Source of the DNA: an uncultured Clostridia bacterium
GTDB lineage: Bacteria; Bacillota; Thermosediminibacteria; Thermosediminibacterales; Tepidanaerobacteraceae
NCBI GenBank assembly: GCA_964520055.1
Contig: CAZFME010000003.1
Location: 1-57,746 of the forward strand
DNA: 57,746 bases
Direction of reading: 5' to 3'
The stretch's first letter is position 1, and every line of letters begins with the position of its first letter. Below are positions 9,503 through 17,882 of the stretch, in pieces. Position numbers and translations under genes: made by a program. A model generated the notes under the pieces. The model was not told the origin of the DNA, did no database searches, and saw nothing but the letters and a program-made list of their open reading frames with translations.

Positions 9503-9640
9503 ATGGTTTATATAAATAAAAAACTGGTTGTAATATTAGTTCTATTACTTTTTTTAACAGCAGGACTTTTTGTATTTAAAAGTCTTTATAGTGATAGAAT
9601 ACCCAAAAGTGCCAAACTCGTATTTTTGCTAAAAGAATAA
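9503..9640 (+). CDS. Small single-TM protein (45 aa), absent from the ORF track
   Basis: ATG 9503 preceded by AAAGAGGAGGAGG (9481-9493). Translation: MVYINKKLVVILVLLLFLTAGLFVFKSLYSDRIPKSAKLVFLLKE, stop at 9638-9640. Confidence 0.45.
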   Translation: MVYINKKLVVILVLLLFLTAGLFVFKSLYSDRIPKSAKLVFLLKE

Positions 9641-9691
9641 CTGTTCAGTTATAGGACAAAATATAAAAAATAACAAGCAGGGAGGACACAT

Positions 9692-9904
9692 ATGACAGTT
9701 AAAGTCTTGGAATTGGTAGGTGAATCTCAAAACAGCTGGCAGGAAGCAGTAGAAAATGCCGTCAAGGACGCTAATAAGACAATCCGAAATATCACAGGGG
9801 TAGAAGTTTTAAACAATACTGCCAATGTGCAGGAGGGAAAGATAGTAGAATATAAAGCAAATGTTCAGATAGCCTTTAAAGTAGATGGAACCACGGAAAG
9901 CTGA
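9692..9904 (+). CDS. Dodecin-family small flavin-binding protein
   Basis: 70 aa. VLELVGESQNSWQEAVENAV...GKIVEYKANVQIAFKV matches the dodecin pattern (VIELxGxS..S.edA...A...). SD GGGAGGA. Confidence 0.75.
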   Translation: MTVKVLELVGESQNSWQEAVENAVKDANKTIRNITGVEVLNNTANVQEGKIVEYKANVQIAFKVDGTTES

Positions 9905-9906
9905 GA

Positions 9907-9934
9907 AAAACGGGCACCGAGAGTGCTCGTTTTT
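9907..9934 (+). terminator. Rho-independent terminator after the dodecin gene
   Basis: AAAACGGGCAC / GTGCTCGTTTT stem (one G-U pair), 5-nt loop, T-run. Confidence 0.6.
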
Positions 9935-9968
9935 AAGCGGATTAATTTTAAAAGAATAAGGTGATAGT

Positions 9969-10418
9969 ATGCCTATCCTTACGAAAGAGCAACAAGATTA
10001 TAAAAATTTTGTAAAACAAAAACGACCAAAACCACCCATCCTTAAAAATGTAATCATAGCTTTTTTCGTAGGAGGGATTATATGTGTTATCGGTCAGGTA
10101 ATCTTAAATTTTTTTATTTCGCAAGGGATGTCTCCTAATCAAGCCGGTGCGCCAACTTCTATCATTATGATTTTTTTAGGGGCTTTTTTGACAGGTATCG
10201 GAATATACGATAAAATTGGAAAATTTGCAGGAGCAGGTTCGGTAGTTCCAATAACCGGTTTTGCAAATTCCATTGTTTCCCCTGCTATGGAGTTCAAGAG
10301 AGAGGGTTATGTGTTTGGAGTAGCTGCCAAAATGTTTGTGGTAGCAGGACCGGTACTGGTATATGGCACAACTGCTGCAGTGATTATCGGTCTAATTTAT
10401 TACTTACTGAAACTTTAG
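9969..10418 (+). CDS. spoVAC: Stage V sporulation protein AC
   Basis: 149-aa four-TM protein with the SpoVAC pattern (KNFVKQKRPK..., GAGSVVPITGFANS). Confidence 0.92.
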   Translation: MPILTKEQQDYKNFVKQKRPKPPILKNVIIAFFVGGIICVIGQVILNFFISQGMSPNQAGAPTSIIMIFLGAFLTGIGIYDKIGKFAGAGSVVPITGFANSIVSPAMEFKREGYVFGVAAKMFVVAGPVLVYGTTAAVIIGLIYYLLKL

Positions 10419-10430
10419 GAGGAAGACTTT

Positions 10431-11441
10431 TTGTCTACGAAAAAACTCGGTAGCCAAACTATTAAATTTGAGAATCCCCCTTCTATAATAGGGACCGCGT
10501 CTATTGTGGGTCCAAAAGAAGGTCAGGGTCGGTTCAAAGATTATTACGATTTAATCTTAAAAGATAATATTTACAAAGAGGGCAGTTGGGAAAAAGCAGA
10601 AATAAAAATATTAAAAGAGGCTGTTGAGATGGCTATAAAAAATAGTAATATTCCTACGGGTGAGGTAGAGTATCTTATTGCCGGTGATCTATTGAATCAA
10701 ATTATCTCTGCAGGCTTTGCCGCACGTGAATTGGGAATGCCTTTTTTCGGAATATACGGTGCTTGTTCTACGATGACCGAAGGGGTTGCACTGGGTTCTG
10801 TTTTAATTGACGGAGGTTTTGCTGAAAACGTAGTAGCAGCGGCTTCAAGTCATTTCTGCACCGCTGAACGCCAATTTCGATTCCCTTTAGAATTGGGTAA
10901 TCAAAGATCGCCTACATCACAGTGGACAGTAACGGGAGCTGGAGCAATGGTATTATCTTCAAAACGGCAAAATCCCCGAGTAACTCTTGCTACAATAGGC
11001 AGAGTAATTGATATGGGTGAATCCGACTCTAACGACATGGGAACAGCTATGGCACCGGCTGCCGTAGATACCATTGTAAAACATTTTAAAGATGCGGGAA
11101 GAAACCCAGATGTTTATGATTTAATTATAACTGGTGATTTGGGAAGTATAGGAAAGGAAATCACAGAAGAACTATTAAAACAAAAAGGTTATGATGTATC
11201 AAATAAATTTACTGATTGCGGAGTTATGATATATTACCCAGAACAAGATGTTCATGCGGGAGGAAGTGGATGTGCATGTGCTACAGTTGTTACTTGTGGT
11301 TATATTTTCAAAGAAATGCTAAAAGGAAAATATAACAAGGTGTTGTTGGTAGCCACCGGAGCCTTATTGAGTACTATAAGCAGCCAGCAGGGTGAAACTA
11401 TACCTTGTATTGCACACGCAATATCTCTGGAAAATTTATAA
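10431..11441 (+). CDS. spoVAD: Stage V sporulation protein AD
   Basis: 336-aa thiolase-fold-like protein (GACSTMTEG, HAGGSGCAC) in canonical spoVAC-AD-AE order. TTG start with GGAGGA SD. Confidence 0.92.
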   Translation: MSTKKLGSQTIKFENPPSIIGTASIVGPKEGQGRFKDYYDLILKDNIYKEGSWEKAEIKILKEAVEMAIKNSNIPTGEVEYLIAGDLLNQIISAGFAARELGMPFFGIYGACSTMTEGVALGSVLIDGGFAENVVAAASSHFCTAERQFRFPLELGNQRSPTSQWTVTGAGAMVLSSKRQNPRVTLATIGRVIDMGESDSNDMGTAMAPAAVDTIVKHFKDAGRNPDVYDLIITGDLGSIGKEITEELLKQKGYDVSNKFTDCGVMIYYPEQDVHAGGSGCACATVVTCGYIFKEMLKGKYNKVLLVATGALLSTISSQQGETIPCIAHAISLENL

Positions 11442-11459
11442 AATCAGGGAGAGTAGTAA

Positions 11460-11813
11460 ATGGATTTCATAATGGCGTTTATTGTTGGAGGCTTTATATG
11501 TGCTATAGGTCAAATACTGATGGACGCTACAAAATTAACCCCAGCTCATGTTCTGGTTTTTTTCGTAACTTTGGGGGCAATTCTCAGCGGATTAGGTCTT
11601 TATCAGCCCTTCGTAGATATTGCAAAAGCCGGAGCTACCATACCACTTACAGGTTTTGGCCATAATTTGGTAACAGGAGTTATTCAAGATGTGAACGAGT
11701 ATGGACTGTTGGGAGTATTTACCGGAGGCTTGAGGGCTGGCGCAGGAGGTGTAACCGCTGCCATTGTCTTTGGATACCTGATGGCTGTATTTTTTAATCC
11801 GAAGTCCAAATAG
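11460..11813 (+). CDS. spoVAE: Stage V sporulation protein AE (SpoVAEb type)
   Basis: 117-aa membrane protein paralogous to SpoVAC (GATIPLTGFGHNLV). Confidence 0.9.
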   Translation: MDFIMAFIVGGFICAIGQILMDATKLTPAHVLVFFVTLGAILSGLGLYQPFVDIAKAGATIPLTGFGHNLVTGVIQDVNEYGLLGVFTGGLRAGAGGVTAAIVFGYLMAVFFNPKSK

Positions 11814-11823
11814 GGAGAGAGTT

Positions 11824-12195
11824 ATGCTTATCGATGCTGTAGGAATTTTGCTTACTGTTTTAATTGTAAGCCCAAGATATTGCTTTATTGTTTTATTGCT
11901 GTGTTTTGCAGAATTGACTGTTACTGTTTTACTTTCGATGATTTTAGAGTTAAACGTAACAGAAGTAGTTGCTGGGGGTATTTTTACTACTATTGCGGGG
12001 TCTGGTAGCAATAATCTTTTTATGATACTAAGCCCCCTATTCTTTTTGTTATTTGGATTAGGGCTCTACGGAGGGAAGGTGCCGTGGCTTGATTTAATCA
12101 ATCCAATTGCGGCCTTTAAAAGGCCGCTGCCAGTCTTAATGATAAAAACGGCTTTATTTAGAATGATAATTGTTTTTTGCATGAGCAGCAAATAA
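11824..12195 (+). CDS. Hypothetical polytopic membrane protein (123 aa)
   Basis: ATG preceded by GGGAGAG, 10 nt after the spoVAE stop. About four hydrophobic segments. No family recognised. Confidence 0.5.
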   Translation: MLIDAVGILLTVLIVSPRYCFIVLLLCFAELTVTVLLSMILELNVTEVVAGGIFTTIAGSGSNNLFMILSPLFFLLFGLGLYGGKVPWLDLINPIAAFKRPLPVLMIKTALFRMIIVFCMSSK

Positions 12196-13223
12196 AAATA
12201 TATCTTCGTTTGGGGTGCGGCGCATTGTACATTGGAATACCAAGGGCGTTATTTTATCATCAATACTATATCTTTTGGAAAATTTTTTTTGAATCACTGG
12301 GACATGAAGTAGTTCTATCCTCACCTACAAATAAGGAAATATTAAAAAAAGGTATCGAGCTATGTGTTGATGATGCATGTTTACCTATCAAAATCTTTCA
12401 TGGCCATGTGGCCGACCTTATGGGTAAAGTCGACGTCATTTATGTACCAAGGATTATAAGCATAGAACCAAAAGAGTATATTTGCCCGAAATTCTTGGGC
12501 TTACCCGATATGATCAGAAACAGCATACCAAATTTACCTAATATCATTGATACGGGGTTGAATCTATATAAGGGCAAAATCAAAATTCTGAAACATGTTT
12601 TTCAACTGGGCAAAATTTTAAAAACAAATAAATACCGAACATTTACAGCTTATTATAAAGCAATGGAGACTCAAAAGCAATTTGAATACCAGTTAATAAA
12701 AAATTCAATGATTCCACAAGACCTTATGTGCAGTAATGAAATTTCGGGAAATCAAACACCGATAAAAACCCCGAGCTATTTAAAAGTCCTTTTATTGGGG
12801 CATAACTATAATATATACGATGATTTTATCAGCATGGGTCTTATTAGAAAACTGCGAAAACAGAACATTGATTTTATAACCAGCGAAATGGTGGCAGAAG
12901 AAGATATTCTTGAGGGTGCTAAAAAATTGTCAAAAGGGATGTTCTGGACTTTAGGTAAAAAGACCATTGGTACAGCTTATTATTTTTTAGATAGAAGGAA
13001 AGTAGACGGCATAATTCATGTAGCATCTTTTGGATGTGGTCCGGATTCATTAGTAGGGGAACTTATAGAAAAAAAGACCAAACGTGATTATAACACTCCC
13101 TTTTTATATATAAACTTAGATGAACATGCAGGAGAAACCGGTTTTAATACCAGACTTGAAGCTTTTTTAGATGTTTTAGAAGGAAGGAAGTATTTTGAAG
13201 ATAACTTTTCCACATATGGGTAA
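12177..13223 (+). CDS. Acyl-CoA dehydratase activase-related protein (DUF2229-like), part 1
   Basis: IGIPRALFYHQYYIFWKIFFESLGHEVVLS is the typical N-terminus of this family, so the true start is probably TTG 12225 (GGGGTG SD). FGCGPDS motif. Confidence 0.7.
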   Translation: MHEQQIKIYLRLGCGALYIGIPRALFYHQYYIFWKIFFESLGHEVVLSSPTNKEILKKGIELCVDDACLPIKIFHGHVADLMGKVDVIYVPRIISIEPKEYICPKFLGLPDMIRNSIPNLPNIIDTGLNLYKGKIKILKHVFQLGKILKTNKYRTFTAYYKAMETQKQFEYQLIKNSMIPQDLMCSNEISGNQTPIKTPSYLKVLLLGHNYNIYDDFISMGLIRKLRKQNIDFITSEMVAEEDILEGAKKLSKGMFWTLGKKTIGTAYYFLDRRKVDGIIHVASFGCGPDSLVGELIEKKTKRDYNTPFLYINLDEHAGETGFNTRLEAFLDVLEGRKYFEDNFSTYG

Positions 13224-14310
13224 TATGTATATACCATTGAAAACTTTGTTTGAAAACTTGGGTTTAGAGGTGATAATACCACCTTTATGCACCAAAAGAA
13301 CCCTCGAGTTAGGAGTAGCTTACTCACCGGAATTTGCTTGCCTGCCTCTAAAAATAAATATAGGTAATTTTATTGAAGCATTAGAAAAGGGTGCTGACAC
13401 TATTATAATGGCCGGTGGGGTAGGACCATGCAGATTCGGATATTATGGAGAAGTGCAAAGAGAAATTTTAAAAGACTTGGGTTTTGATTTTGAGATGATT
13501 ATTTTGGAACCCCCGCAGGGTCACTTTTTTGAATTGCTTAATAAGATCAGATCGATCACCAATAAAAAAAATAATTCTCTTAAGGATATTGCAAGAGCAA
13601 CGCGCCTCGCATGGAAAAAAGCACTACTTTTAGACAAAGCAGATATGGAATCCTGCAAAACAAGGCCTATAGAAAGAACAAGGGGCCAAACCGATAAAAC
13701 ATATAATTGTATCTTGCAGCAAATAAATGATATCAGGAATGAAGATGAAATAAATGATTTTAAAGTTAAAATCCCGCAGGTTTTTTCCGATATACAAGTA
13801 AGCAGTGATAAATCTCCTATTAAAGTCGGTATAGTAGGAGAAATATATACCGTACTTGAGCCTTTTGTAAACCTAAATATTGAAAAACAGCTAGGTGAAC
13901 TTGGAGTTGAAGTATATAGGAATATTTATATCACTGATTGGGTCTGTGAAAACCTTTTACCTTCATGTCTTAAACCTAAAGATTATAAAAAGATGCTGAA
14001 ATTAGCTCAACCTTTTATAAACTGTTTTATAGGGGGCCATGGTCAAGAGTCGGTGGCACAAATTGTTAACTTTTCCAACATGGATTTTGATGGAGTTATC
14101 CATCTGCTTCCTTTTACATGTATGCCAGAAATAGTGGCAAAGAGTGCCATACCGAGAGTAAGCCAACAGCATTGTATTCCAGTAATGACAATCATATTGG
14201 ATGAGCACTCGGCAAAGATAGGTCTTAGAACCCGTCTGGAAGCTTTTGTAGATATGATATACCATAATAGGGAGGTTAAAGATTTTGCAAAAGTATGCCT
14301 TGGGAATTGA
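13195..14310 (+). CDS. 2-hydroxyacyl-CoA dehydratase-like / DUF2229 protein, part 2
   Basis: KITFPHMGNMYIPLKTLFENLGLEVIIPP N-terminus, GVGPCRFGYY and LLPFTCMPE motifs. TTG start after AGGAAGGAAG, overlaps the preceding gene. Confidence 0.7.
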   Translation: MKITFPHMGNMYIPLKTLFENLGLEVIIPPLCTKRTLELGVAYSPEFACLPLKINIGNFIEALEKGADTIIMAGGVGPCRFGYYGEVQREILKDLGFDFEMIILEPPQGHFFELLNKIRSITNKKNNSLKDIARATRLAWKKALLLDKADMESCKTRPIERTRGQTDKTYNCILQQINDIRNEDEINDFKVKIPQVFSDIQVSSDKSPIKVGIVGEIYTVLEPFVNLNIEKQLGELGVEVYRNIYITDWVCENLLPSCLKPKDYKKMLKLAQPFINCFIGGHGQESVAQIVNFSNMDFDGVIHLLPFTCMPEIVAKSAIPRVSQQHCIPVMTIILDEHSAKIGLRTRLEAFVDMIYHNREVKDFAKVCLGN

Positions 14311-15250
14311 TGTAGGGTCAGTAAGTACCAATCTGGTTTTGCTTGATGAAAAGTATCATCTTGTTAAAAAGCTTTATTTGAATACAGAAGGCAATCCCAT
14401 AGAAACTATTAAAAAAGGCCTTGCGATTTTGCAAGCGGAATTAAAAGGTGTAGATATCTATGCCGTCGGGACCACAGGCAGCGGAAGGCAATTAGCAGCT
14501 ATATTGGTCGGAGCCGATATTGTAAAAAATGAAATCACTGCTCATGCAGCTGCGGCTCTTAGTTATTATCCAGATACACAAACAGTTTTGGAAATAGGGG
14601 GTCAGGATTCTAAAATAATAGTTATTAGAAACAAAACCGTTGTAGATTTTGCAATGAATACGGTATGCGCCGCAGGTACCGGCTCTTTTTTGGATAGGCA
14701 GGCTCAGCGATTGGGGATTCCTATAAGTCAATTTGGAGAAATAGCCCTTAAATCACATAATCCAACCAGAATTGCCGGTCGCTGCGCTGTTTTTGCCGAA
14801 TCGGACATGATACATAAACAGCAAATGGGGCACACCATTGAGGATATATTAAAAGGACTATGCGAGGCCTTGGTCAGGAATTTTCTTTCAAATGTAGCAA
14901 AAGGGAAAGAAATAAGGCCCTTAGTGATATTTCAAGGCGGTGTAGCGGCCAATACAGGTATAAAAAGAGCTTTTGAAGAACAATTCGAATGCAGTATTAC
15001 AATACCTGAAAATTATGATGTAATGGGTGCAATAGGCGCGGCAATCCTAGCTGCAAACCATATTGCTTCACGGCAAGAAATAACTCGCTTTTTTGGAATG
15101 AGTATAGCTACTCAAAATTATAAAGTGAAAAGCTTAGAGTGTAAGGGATGCCCAAATAATTGTGAAATAATACAACTGTTTTGTGATAGAAAATTAATGG
15201 CAAGGTGGGGAGACAGATGTGGCAAATGGTCTTCAACCGTTGCCGTTTAA
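14285..15250 (+). CDS. HgdC/BcrAD-BadFG type CoA-substrate-specific enzyme activase (ATPase)
   Basis: GIDVGSVSTN phosphate-1 motif, plus VCAAGTGSF and RCAVFAESD (cluster-bridging Cys positions of HgdC-type activators). C-terminal CKGCPNNC...RCGKW tail. TTG start after GGGAGG. Confidence 0.85.
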   Translation: MQKYALGIDVGSVSTNLVLLDEKYHLVKKLYLNTEGNPIETIKKGLAILQAELKGVDIYAVGTTGSGRQLAAILVGADIVKNEITAHAAAALSYYPDTQTVLEIGGQDSKIIVIRNKTVVDFAMNTVCAAGTGSFLDRQAQRLGIPISQFGEIALKSHNPTRIAGRCAVFAESDMIHKQQMGHTIEDILKGLCEALVRNFLSNVAKGKEIRPLVIFQGGVAANTGIKRAFEEQFECSITIPENYDVMGAIGAAILAANHIASRQEITRFFGMSIATQNYKVKSLECKGCPNNCEIIQLFCDRKLMARWGDRCGKWSSTVAV

Positions 15251-15420
15251 TAGAAGAAACTGATTCCAAAGTAGAAACTATATTTTAATAAGTTTAATGG
15301 TCAACATGTCAATATATATGTCTGACTTGACTTTTATAGTATATTTAAGCCTTATATGGCTAAAATATCAACATAATTGCATGAATTTTGGGATATATTA
15401 ATGCAACTTAGAAAAATTAC

Positions 15421-15450
15421 TTGACAATATAAGATTGAGTATGATATAGT
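15421..15450 (+). promoter_or_regulatory. Sigma-A promoter of the lysA leader
   Basis: TTGACA (15421-15426), 18 nt, TGATATAGT extended -10 (15442-15450). Confidence 0.7.
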
Positions 15451-15470
15451 AACATAAATTAAATAACTTA

Positions 15471-15668
15471 CCTCATCTCGATAAGAGTTGAGGTAGAGGA
15501 GCGATAGATCAAGAGTAGATTTGTGGAGGCATGGGAGCCGATTAAGCAAATTAAAAGGGGTCATCGCCGAAGCATAGTTTCCCCCAAGAAGCTATGCTGG
15601 GCTTATATCAAATAGATATAAGACTGTCACCGTAAGTCATATTCGGTGAAGCGCTACTTCATAAGAGA
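15471..15668 (+). promoter_or_regulatory. Lysine riboswitch (L-box)
   Basis: Conserved L-box blocks in order: GGTAGAGGAGCGA, AAGAGTA, GGAG, GGGGTCATCGCCGAAGC, TGCTGG, ACTGTCAC, GGTGAAGCGCTAC. Located upstream of lysA. Confidence 0.9.
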
Positions 15669-15688
15669 GAGGTATTTGCCTCTGAATT

Positions 15689-15722
15689 AAACAACCGGCA
15701 AATATCCCCGGTTGTTTTTGCT
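15689..15722 (+). terminator. Riboswitch expression-platform terminator
   Basis: AAACAACCGG (15689-15698) / CCGGTTGTTT (15708-15717) followed by TTGCTTT. TATTTGCC (15673-15680) can pair with GGCAAATA (15697-15704) as an antiterminator. Confidence 0.85.
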
Positions 15723-15747
15723 TTACATAAATGAAAGGAGAAACGGT

Positions 15748-17082
15748 ATGTTTTATGGAACCAGTAGAATTAATAAATATAACCATTTGGAAATAGGTGG
15801 ATGTGACACGGTAGAACTTGTAAAAGAATTCGGCACTCCTCTATATGTAATGGATGAGAATCATATCCGTGAAAATTGCCGTTCATATACAAACAGTCTG
15901 CGAAATATGCATGAAAACAGCGAAGTGATTTATGCTGCAAAGGCTTTCTTGACTATGGAAATGTGCAAATTAATACAGGAAGAAGGTCTATGTCTTGACG
16001 TGGTATCGGGAGGCGAGCTTTATCTGGCCATAAAATCCGGTTTTCCTGCGAAAAGGATATATTTTCATGGCAATAACAAGTCTTATACTGAATTGGAAAT
16101 GGCTGTTGAATATGGTGTTGGACGCATTGTAGTAGATAATTTTTTCGAACTTGAATTGTTAAGAGATTTAACTAAAAAATATCAAGGTAAAAAAATAAAG
16201 ATATTATTGCGTTTGACACCAGGTATTGAGGCTCATACGCACGATTATATAAAAACCGGCCAACTTGATTCCAAATTTGGATTTGTAATGGAAAACGGGC
16301 ATGCGTTTATGGCTGTAGAAAATGCCTTAAGCATAAAAAGCTTAAAGCTCATGGGCTTTCATTGCCACATCGGTTCTCAAATATTTGAAGAGCAGCCTTT
16401 TAAAGACACAGCAGAAGTTATGATTCAATTCGCCAAAAATATAAAAGAAAAATATGGTTTTAAAACCAAAGAAGTAAACTTTGGAGGTGGATTTGGTATC
16501 AAATATACAGAAAAAGATAAACCATTGACCGTGAAACATTACGTTACAGTTTTAGTCGAATCTGTCAAGGAATCTTGCAAAAAACACGGCCTACCCATTC
16601 CAAAGATATTGATAGAACCAGGCAGAGCCATTATAGGCGAAGCCGGTACAACCCTGTATACAATTGGTGCAATAAAAAACATCCCCGGTGTTAGAAAATA
16701 TGTCAGCGTAGATGGCGGAATGAGCGATAATATAAGACCGGCATTATATGGAGCAAAGTATTCAGCCGTTGTTGCAAATAAAGTTAATGGCTCAAAGAAA
16801 GAAACGGTGTCGATTGCAGGAAAGTGCTGTGAATCCGGGGATATGTTAATCTGGGATATTGACCTACCCAAAATCGCACCAGGTGATATTTTAGCTGTTT
16901 TTAGCACAGGAGCTTATCACTATTCTATGGCCAGTAACTATAATATGATACCAAAACCTGCGGTGGTCTTTGTAAAAAGCAAAACCGCCCGGCTTGTTGT
17001 TCGTCGACAAACCTACGAAGATTTGTTGGGCAATGAAGTATTTTTACCACATTCCAAGCATATTTCTTTGGCAAACTTCTAG
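15748..17082 (+). CDS. lysA: Diaminopimelate decarboxylase
   Basis: Orn/DAP/Arg decarboxylase fold motifs (YAAKAF PLP-Lys, HCHIGSQ, GGGFGI, CESGD). The track start 15712 lies inside the terminator. ATG 15748 follows GGAGAAA. Confidence 0.95.
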   Translation: MFYGTSRINKYNHLEIGGCDTVELVKEFGTPLYVMDENHIRENCRSYTNSLRNMHENSEVIYAAKAFLTMEMCKLIQEEGLCLDVVSGGELYLAIKSGFPAKRIYFHGNNKSYTELEMAVEYGVGRIVVDNFFELELLRDLTKKYQGKKIKILLRLTPGIEAHTHDYIKTGQLDSKFGFVMENGHAFMAVENALSIKSLKLMGFHCHIGSQIFEEQPFKDTAEVMIQFAKNIKEKYGFKTKEVNFGGGFGIKYTEKDKPLTVKHYVTVLVESVKESCKKHGLPIPKILIEPGRAIIGEAGTTLYTIGAIKNIPGVRKYVSVDGGMSDNIRPALYGAKYSAVVANKVNGSKKETVSIAGKCCESGDMLIWDIDLPKIAPGDILAVFSTGAYHYSMASNYNMIPKPAVVFVKSKTARLVVRRQTYEDLLGNEVFLPHSKHISLANF

Positions 17083-17133
17083 GTTTACAGTTTTATCAAT
17101 TAAATTTTTGTTTCATTTTTTGGTTTTATCAAG

Positions 17134-17158
17134 AAAGTGTGCTGAAGCACACTTTTTT
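17134..17158 (+). terminator. Rho-independent terminator after lysA
   Basis: AAAGTGTGC-TGAA-GCACACTTT followed by TTTTC. Confidence 0.8.
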
Positions 17159-17231
17159 CATGTTGATATAAATGGTATAATGCAATAAGTAAGAACAAAA
17201 AATATACATATGGGAAAGGACGGCAGCTTAT

Positions 17232-17855
17232 ATGGCAAATTTTTTAGGTCCTGAAATGTTACTAAGAATACCTGCTTTATTGTTTGCAATTACATTTCAT
17301 GAATATGCTCACGCCAGGGTTTCATATTCTCTGGGAGACCCAACACCTAAATGGAGAGGAAGGTTGTCACTTAATCCATTGGTTCATTTAGATCCCATAG
17401 GCTTATTAATGTTATGGCTTTTTAGATTTGGATGGGCTAAACCCGTTGAGATAAATCCCAGTTACTATAAAGAACCCAAAAAAGGTATGATACTGGTTTC
17501 TTTGGCAGGTCCTCTTGCTAATTTAATATTGGCTTTTTTGACAATGATTATTTTGAAGCTTGATATCCTTCATAGTGGTATTCTGGATAACTTTGTTTAT
17601 ATTCTATTTCTTTATAATCTAACCCTGGCTGTTTTTAATATGATCCCAATTCCACCTCTGGACGGTTCTAAGATTCTCACGGGATTATTACCTGCAAAAC
17701 AAGCTTACGAGCTTTCAAGATTGGAGGCTTACGGCCCCTTTATATTAATATTGCTCGTATATTTTGGGGTGTTAAGTATTATTTTAAACCCACTAATCGT
17801 CTTTGTTCATAAAGGATTGGATGTTTTATCAAATTTAGTATTATTGAGATTCTAG
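17232..17855 (+). CDS. Site-2 protease family (M50) membrane metalloprotease
   Basis: HEYAHA (HExxH) in the first TM region and NMIPIPPLDGSK (NxxPxxxLDG) motif. 207 aa. Confidence 0.85.
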   Translation: MANFLGPEMLLRIPALLFAITFHEYAHARVSYSLGDPTPKWRGRLSLNPLVHLDPIGLLMLWLFRFGWAKPVEINPSYYKEPKKGMILVSLAGPLANLILAFLTMIILKLDILHSGILDNFVYILFLYNLTLAVFNMIPIPPLDGSKILTGLLPAKQAYELSRLEAYGPFILILLVYFGVLSIILNPLIVFVHKGLDVLSNLVLLRF

Positions 17856-17882
17856 CATCTTATAAATTTAGGAGGAATTTTT

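Noticed and set aside
11405-12011. ORFs 11405-11665 (+) and 11592-12011 (-) overlapping spoVAD/spoVAE
   Set aside because: They are alternative-frame or antisense shadows of the well-supported spoVA genes.
15352-15564. 70-aa minus-strand ORF upstream of lysA
   Set aside because: It overlaps the lysA promoter and the lysine riboswitch aptamer. It has no SD and an implausible composition.
17856-17882. Looked for a T-box leader in front of trpS
   Set aside because: Only 27 nt separate trpS from the M50 protease gene. The 150-nt region before the M50 gene holds only the lysA terminator. No specifier or T-box sequence is present.
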